Of a stretch of DNA of 32,059 nt, positions 26,622 to 32,059 are shown piece by piece. Each line of letters begins with the position of its first letter. Position 1 is the first letter of the stretch. This DNA is from an archaeon (GTDB lineage Archaea > Iainarchaeota > Iainarchaeia > Iainarchaeales > Iainarchaeaceae): positions 6,520-38,578 of the forward strand of contig JBBSVV010000051.1 of NCBI GenBank assembly GCA_038046625.1, in the 5' to 3' direction. A program made the position numbers and the translations under genes. A model generated the notes under the pieces. It made no database searches and was not told the DNA's origin. It saw only the letters and a program-made list of their open reading frames with translations.

Positions 26622-28190
26622 TTACTCATAAGTTCTCGTTGATTCGAGCCCGCGCTCGAACCTTTCAAGGGCCTTCACGCGCAGGGTTTCCCCCCACGGC
26701 GTGGGGTATTCTCCTGTGAGGCAGGCCAGGCACAAATCCTTTTTCCCGCCATCCAAGCCGATGCTCTTCACGAGGCCTTCTAAAGTCATGTACCTCAAAG
26801 AATCAACGCCAATATTCTTTCCAATGCTGTCAACCGCATCCTGCTCCAAATCCAAGAAGCCAACGCGGTTCAATTGTTCTTTTGAGGAATGCCTGTTCGC
26901 AATCAGTTCGCCGATTGTTGACATGTCAATTCCATAAAAGCAAGGACTGCGGATCGGCGGGCAGGTTACGCGCATATGAAGCTCCTTCACCTTTCCGTAC
27001 TTCCGCAAATACTCGACCAAAGATTTCGAGGTGTTGCCGCGCACAATCGAATCATCAACCAGGATAACTTTCTTGTCCTTGATAACTGATTTGTTCAGGT
27101 TGAATTTTTCGCGGATTTTTTCAAGGCGGTCGCCGCCCTCAATGAAGGTCCTCCCGACATACCTGTTCCTTATGAGGCCTTCCATGGAAGGAATTCCAAT
27201 AGTGTGCGCGTACGCGTCCGCAGCCGGCTTTGCGGTGTCAGGAACAGGAACAACAACCCAATCATCGCTGTTCACTTTCAGGTACTCCTGCCTCGCAAGT
27301 TCTTCTCCGAGCCTCCAGCGCGTCTGGTAGACGGAGCGCTCGTCAATCATTGAGGCAGCGTTCGCAAAATAAACCCACTCAAACATGCAATGCGCTTTCT
27401 TTTTGCTCTTTGCATAGCGCTTTACCTCTACAGAATCATTCTCAACCAAAAGCATTTCCCCCGGCTCCATGGTCTTCACGCCATTCTCCGCAAACTTGTT
27501 CAAAGCAACTGTTTCGGAGGCCGCGCCCACAAAATCATCAGAAATCAAGTAAGACATGGGCCTGACTCCAAGAGGGTCGCGCATCGCCGCAACCGTTCCC
27601 TCGGCGTTAATGTAACTCATGTTATAAGCGCCGTCAAAAATGTCGGAAATGTTCTTGAAAATCTTGTCCATTGGCTTCTTCTTGTCCCCGAGCTGCTCCT
27701 TCTCCAAAAAATGCATTATCATTTCCGTGTCAAGGTTCCTTACGAGATGGTATTGCCTGTCCTCCAAATCCTTTTTGAGTTCCGAAAAATTTGCTATATT
27801 CCCGTTAAAACCGAAAGAAAACCACTTCCACTTCCTTCCATGATGCCTCTCAAAAGGCTGGGCGGAACCCTCGTCATTGCCTCCAGAAGTTGTGTAGCGC
27901 ACGTGCCCTATGCCCTTGTTTCCCTCGTAGCGCTGGAGAATTGCATGAGCCTTGCCCTCAATTCTGGTTGCGAATACCTCGGAAACCATTCCACGCTTCT
28001 TGTAAGTGTCAATCAACTGCTGCCTGTTTGCATTAAAAGTCGTTATTCCAGCGGAAACCTGGCCGCGGTTCTGCATCTGGACAAGCATTTTATACAAGTA
28101 GTAGGCGGCTCCGCCAAAAGGATACTCCTTAAGAGGCCTAGGCAGATAGACGGCTGCTACGCCGCACTCGTCCTTGACCTCACCAGGCAT
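26622..28190 (-). CDS. purF: Amidophosphoribosyltransferase
   Basis: DECG (propeptide then catalytic Cys), QNRGQ, GHVRY, CMFEWVYF, VDDSIVRGNT, PCFYGID, CLAC. Confidence 0.97.
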   Translation of the reverse strand: MPGEVKDECGVAAVYLPRPLKEYPFGGAAYYLYKMLVQMQNRGQVSAGITTFNANRQQLIDTYKKRGMVSEVFATRIEGKAHAILQRYEGNKGIGHVRYTTSGGNDEGSAQPFERHHGRKWKWFSFGFNGNIANFSELKKDLEDRQYHLVRNLDTEMIMHFLEKEQLGDKKKPMDKIFKNISDIFDGAYNMSYINAEGTVAAMRDPLGVRPMSYLISDDFVGAASETVALNKFAENGVKTMEPGEMLLVENDSVEVKRYAKSKKKAHCMFEWVYFANAASMIDERSVYQTRWRLGEELARQEYLKVNSDDWVVVPVPDTAKPAADAYAHTIGIPSMEGLIRNRYVGRTFIEGGDRLEKIREKFNLNKSVIKDKKVILVDDSIVRGNTSKSLVEYLRKYGKVKELHMRVTCPPIRSPCFYGIDMSTIGELIANRHSSKEQLNRVGFLDLEQDAVDSIGKNIGVDSLRYMTLEGLVKSIGLDGGKKDLCLACLTGEYPTPWGETLRVKALERFERGLESTRTYE

Positions 28191-28235
28191 CTATAAACCA
28201 ATAGAACTTGGAGCGCTTAGTTAATTTAAAGGTTA

Positions 28236-28508
28236 CTAAAAATTGTAGGTATTGTCACTGCGCCTTTCCACGCTGAACAGCTCTATTGTTTTTTCGTTCC
28301 ACTCAATATCATAAATAACCCTTATTTTGCCCATCCTGACCCTAAACCGGTTTTTGAAGCCGGAGATTTTTACCGTATCATGAATGCGCACAGGCACAGG
28401 ATTTGCCTTTAAATCCAGAAACAACAAAGAAAGCCGTTGCCTCATTTTTTCATCGAGTTTGCGCAGCTGCTTTTCGATTTTTTTCGAGGACTTTATTGTA
28501 AAAGTCAC
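28236..28508 (-). CDS. RelE/ParE-family toxin
   Basis: KQLRKL...NP...KISG....FRVRMGKIRVIY...R..Y pattern; 90 aa, basic. Confidence 0.85.
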   Translation of the reverse strand: MTFTIKSSKKIEKQLRKLDEKMRQRLSLLFLDLKANPVPVRIHDTVKISGFKNRFRVRMGKIRVIYDIEWNEKTIELFSVERRSDNTYNF

Positions 28509-28514
28509 GGGTAC

Positions 28515-28727
28515 TCACTTGCTCAGTATGGCAAACAGCTCTTTTTCACTCATGTATTTGCCCGAGCGGATTTCCTTTTTAGCCTTCTCGATTTCAGCCA
28601 GTTCTCTCTCGCTTAACTTCATTTCAGGAATATTATTCATTTTTTCAACCCTCTTGAGCCTGTTCTCAAGAGCATCTATTTTCTTCATCATTTTCTGCAA
28701 AGAAACGCTTTGATTACCATTAGCCAT
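28515..28727 (-). CDS. Putative antitoxin
   Basis: 70-aa gene directly upstream of the toxin; LSERELAEIEKAKKEIRSGKYMSEKEL is typical of archaeal RelB-like partners. Confidence 0.75.
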   Translation of the reverse strand: MANGNQSVSLQKMMKKIDALENRLKRVEKMNNIPEMKLSERELAEIEKAKKEIRSGKYMSEKELFAILSK

Positions 28728-28840
28728 AAACCATCACTAACCGATACTATAATGGCTCACTTCGCCAATTTAAACTTATTTCCACGCAAAAAAACGCCCG
28801 CCACAACGCGTTTTAAAAGTTTACTAACCCTTAATATATT

Positions 28841-29314
28841 GTGAGCCAATTGAACAGGATAGAGGCCTCATTTCTCGAAAAAAACCTCGACCCTATCGGC
28901 GAATCAATCAAAAACGACGTTCTTGAAGACCTTGGCATTGCTGGAATAGAAACCCTGCGCTATGCAGAGGCATTCTACCTCGATTTTCCACTTTCACAAA
29001 AAGAGCTTTCTCAAATTGCGGAAAAAGTGTTCATCGACCCTTTATTCCAAGGGGCTTTCATCAACCAGAACTCATTCAAAAAATTTGATTACTCACTCGA
29101 AGTGAAATTCCACCCGGATGTTACTGATAATGTCGGCATTGTTTCCCTCGAAGCGGTTTCGGATTTTTTAGGCAAAAAAATGGAAGGAACAGTGAGAACC
29201 TCGCGCAAATACTATTTCTTCGGAACAATCACGAAAAGCGATGTTGAAAGAATCGCGCGCGAAATGCTCGCGAACGGAGTAATTGAAACCTATTCAATCG
29301 AGGCGGGAAAATGA
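28841..29314 (+). CDS. purS: Double-length PurS-like FGAM synthase subunit
   Basis: Two PurS-like halves (DPIGE...FIDPL; PDVTDNVG...LANGVIETY); ATGA-coupled to purL. Confidence 0.75.
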   Translation: MSQLNRIEASFLEKNLDPIGESIKNDVLEDLGIAGIETLRYAEAFYLDFPLSQKELSQIAEKVFIDPLFQGAFINQNSFKKFDYSLEVKFHPDVTDNVGIVSLEAVSDFLGKKMEGTVRTSRKYYFFGTITKSDVERIAREMLANGVIETYSIEAGK

Positions 29315-31713
29315 CAGAAATCACACTTACAAAAATTTCCGAAGCCGAACTCATGCAAGTGAGCAAAAAAATGCTTTTATCCCTTGACCTGAACGAAATG
29401 AAAACAATCCAAAATTATTACAATAACCTCAAGCGCGAACCGAAGCAAATCGAACTCGAAACGCTTGCGCAGACCTGGAGCGAGCACTGCAAGCACAAAA
29501 CATTCAACGCGGAAATAACCTACACGGAAAACGGCAAACAGCAAAAAATCAAGAGCCTCTTCAAAACATTCATCCGCAAAGCAACCGAAGAAAACAAAAA
29601 AGACTGGCTTGTTTCAGTATTCTCGGACAACGCAGGCATCGTGAAATTCAATAATGAATATAATATTGCAATGAAAGCGGAAACCCACAACCACCCCTCC
29701 GCGCTTGATCCTTACGGCGGGGCAAACACCGGCCTCGGCGGAGTAATCCGCGACGTTTTAGGAGCCGGCCTCGGAGCAAAGCCCTTCGCAAACACGGATG
29801 TATTCTGCTTCGCGCCGCCTGAATTCCCAGCAGAGAAAGTTCCGAAGGGAATTCTTCACCCAAAAAGAATTTTCAAAGGGGTTAGGCAAGGAGTTCAGGA
29901 TTATGGGAACCGCATGGGAATTCCAACAGTAAACGGAGCAATTCTTTTCGATGAAAGGTATTTAGGAAATCCTTTGGTTTACTGCGGCACCGTTGGATTG
30001 ATTCCAAAAGGAATGGAAAATAAGAAAGCAAAATCAGGAGACTTGATTGTAACGGTAGGCGGAAGAACCGGAAGGGATGGAATTCACGGCGCAACCTTCT
30101 CCTCAACAGGATTAGATTCAAGCACTTCGAGCAGCGCCGTTCAAATAGGAAATGCGATTGAGGAAAAGAAAATGATGGACGCGATACTCAAAGCGCGCAA
30201 TTTGCGCTTATACAATTCAATCACGGATTGCGGCGCAGGAGGCTTTTCCTCAGCAGTTGGAGAAATGGGCGCAGAAATCGGGGCAAAAGTATTCCTCGAA
30301 AAAGCGCCCTTGAAGTATAAAGGATTAGAGCCGTGGGAAATCTGGCTCTCAGAAGCTCAGGAGCGCATGGTTCTTGCGATGCCGCAGAAGAATTTCGAAA
30401 AATTTCAGGAAATCTGCGAAATCGAAGGAACAGAAGCGACCGCAATCGGGGAATTCACCAGCACAAAAAACCTTGAATTGTTTTACAACAATAAATTAGT
30501 CGGCGAAATTGAAATGGAGTTTTTGCACGATGGGGTTCCATGCAAAATCATGAGCGCAGAATGGAGTTCAGCGCATGAAGAACAATCACTCTCGACTCCT
30601 GAACCAAAAGATTATGGGCAAACACTCAAGCAATTGCTCGCAATGCCTAACATCGCTTCCAAAGAAATCACAGTTAGGCGCTACGACCACGAAGTAATGG
30701 GCGGCACGGTGGGAAAGCCTTTTGACGGCCCGAATGCGGATGGCCCAATGGATGCAGCAATTGTCCGCCCGATTCTCTCGGACTGGAAGGGAGTTGTAAT
30801 TGCAAATGGAATCAATCCGCTTTACTCTGACATCGACCCTTACTGGATGGCGTGCTCTTGCATTGATGAGGCAATAAGGAACTCCATCGCCGTCGGCGCC
30901 AACTTTGAAACAATTGCTCTTTTGGATAATTTCTCGTGGGGCAACCCAGAAAACAAGAAGGTTCTCGGAGAATTGGTGCGCGCGTGCAAGGGCTGCTATG
31001 ACTCCGCAAAAGGTCTCAATGTGCCTTTCATTTCCGGAAAGGATAGCCTCTACAACCATTATTCCATTGAAGGAAAGGATATAGAGATTCCTGGAACCTT
31101 GCTCATTTCAGCCCTTGGAACTATTCCAGATTCGCGCAGAAAGGTTTCAATGAACCTCAAAAAAGAAGGGAACTCAATTTACATCATCGGCGAGACCGTT
31201 CCGGATGAATTGGGCGGAAGCCATTTCTCGAAATTGTTAGGCTTTGAAGGCGGAAAAGTGCCGAAAGTGAATTTTAAAATAGCGAAAAAAACTTTTTCTA
31301 AACTCAGTGAACTCCTGAAGGCACAAAAGCAGGATGAAAAGATTGTTGTTTCGTGCCACGACTTGAGCGAAGGCGGTCTCGGCGTTGCAATTGCGGAGAT
31401 GTGCTTTGCGGGGATGAAAGGAGCGCAAATAACATTTAACACAAATATGTTTCCACCCTGTGATATTCTTTCGGCATCCTATTTGCGCAATGACTTAATC
31501 CTGTTTTGCGAATCCAATTCAAGGTTCTTAGTCGAAGTTGATTCCCAGAAGAAAAAAGAGTTCGAAAAAGCAATGCAAGGGGTTGCCTTTACGGAAATCG
31601 GGCGCGTGACTTCCGGAAAGAATCTGGTTGTGAATGCCGCTGCAGGAGCTAAATTATTCGAAGAAAACATCGAGGAATTGAAAAAATCATGGAAGAGGAC
31701 TTTGGATTGGTGA
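29311..31713 (+). CDS. purL: FGAM synthase subunit PurL
   Basis: WSEHCKHK, DNAG, ETHNHPS, TGRDGIHGA, DCGAGG, SEAQERM, ISGKDSLYN, HDLSEGG. Confidence 0.97.
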   Translation: MTEITLTKISEAELMQVSKKMLLSLDLNEMKTIQNYYNNLKREPKQIELETLAQTWSEHCKHKTFNAEITYTENGKQQKIKSLFKTFIRKATEENKKDWLVSVFSDNAGIVKFNNEYNIAMKAETHNHPSALDPYGGANTGLGGVIRDVLGAGLGAKPFANTDVFCFAPPEFPAEKVPKGILHPKRIFKGVRQGVQDYGNRMGIPTVNGAILFDERYLGNPLVYCGTVGLIPKGMENKKAKSGDLIVTVGGRTGRDGIHGATFSSTGLDSSTSSSAVQIGNAIEEKKMMDAILKARNLRLYNSITDCGAGGFSSAVGEMGAEIGAKVFLEKAPLKYKGLEPWEIWLSEAQERMVLAMPQKNFEKFQEICEIEGTEATAIGEFTSTKNLELFYNNKLVGEIEMEFLHDGVPCKIMSAEWSSAHEEQSLSTPEPKDYGQTLKQLLAMPNIASKEITVRRYDHEVMGGTVGKPFDGPNADGPMDAAIVRPILSDWKGVVIANGINPLYSDIDPYWMACSCIDEAIRNSIAVGANFETIALLDNFSWGNPENKKVLGELVRACKGCYDSAKGLNVPFISGKDSLYNHYSIEGKDIEIPGTLLISALGTIPDSRRKVSMNLKKEGNSIYIIGETVPDELGGSHFSKLLGFEGGKVPKVNFKIAKKTFSKLSELLKAQKQDEKIVVSCHDLSEGGLGVAIAEMCFAGMKGAQITFNTNMFPPCDILSASYLRNDLILFCESNSRFLVEVDSQKKKEFEKAMQGVAFTEIGRVTSGKNLVVNAAAGAKLFEENIEELKKSWKRTLDW

Positions 31714-31717
31714 AAAA

Positions 31718-32059
31718 ATGCCCGGATTGAAAAGAAGAGGAAAAGGGCCTTTCCGCGGAGCAACGCCTAAAGGAATTATTCAAACAGTTGATGTTGGAAC
31801 AGGAATGCCGATTGGCTTTTTGAAAAAGACTAGAGAAAACCCTCAAAGGAAATACGCTATAGTTGAGCCTCTCTACGGTAAAAAATCCTTGATAAGAGCA
31901 ATGCTGGCTCGCGATCCGCACCGCGTAACATTCTTGAAAACAATTCGGAAAAGGTCAAAAGTTTTGGAAAAACGCGGAGTTATTGTAAGAGCAGAGAAAA
32001 TCCGAGACTTTATAAAACGCATGGTCAGGGAAGGAATCAGGACAAGATACGTGAACATT
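31718..32059 (+). CDS. Partial divergent class I SAM-methyltransferase-like protein (TrmB-like); runs off the window
   Basis: Not in the ORF track. Manual translation MPGLKRRGKGPFRGATPKGIIQTVDVGTGMPIGFLKKTRENPQRKYAIVEP... is open to the end; VDVGTG motif I and NP..Y.IVE. Confidence 0.55.
   Translation, partial: MPGLKRRGKGPFRGATPKGIIQTVDVGTGMPIGFLKKTRENPQRKYAIVEPLYGKKSLIRAMLARDPHRVTFLKTIRKRSKVLEKRGVIVRAEKIRDFIKRMVREGIRTRYVNI

Overview
Archaeal chromosomal segment. Trm5, Dph5, DUF357, DUF63, a four-subunit POR and BRE/TATA-type promoters point to an archaeon, and a DPANN (Diapherotrites/Iainarchaeota-like) origin is inferred but not proven. Left part: a SAM-methylation/adenosine-recycling group (trm5, adk, PfkB kinase, ahcY, with dph5 nearby) and a porGDAB operon followed by NUDIX and acylphosphatase genes. 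The remaining ~21 kb is a near-complete de novo purine and folate one-carbon supercluster: purM, purB, purC, purE, purA, glyA, folD, purN, purH, 5-formyl-THF cyclo-ligase, purD, purF, purS, purL. It is interrupted by orphan genes (GNAT, GT2, a TrmB-like methyltransferase, a Cys-rich secreted protein) and a RelE-type toxin-antitoxin pair. The most interesting unannotated signals are non-coding. (1) A tandem structured element with compensatory base changes between purH and the cyclo-ligase gene (22253-22454). (2) A homologous ~48-nt hairpin in the leaders of both purC and purE, with G-U pairs that favour the sense-strand RNA; this is a candidate purine-regulon cis-regulatory RNA. Also noted: a CxxC uORF stopping in that hairpin loop, and an in-frame -1 slippery heptamer that could fuse PurS to PurL. 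All calls are from manual reading; no searches were run.
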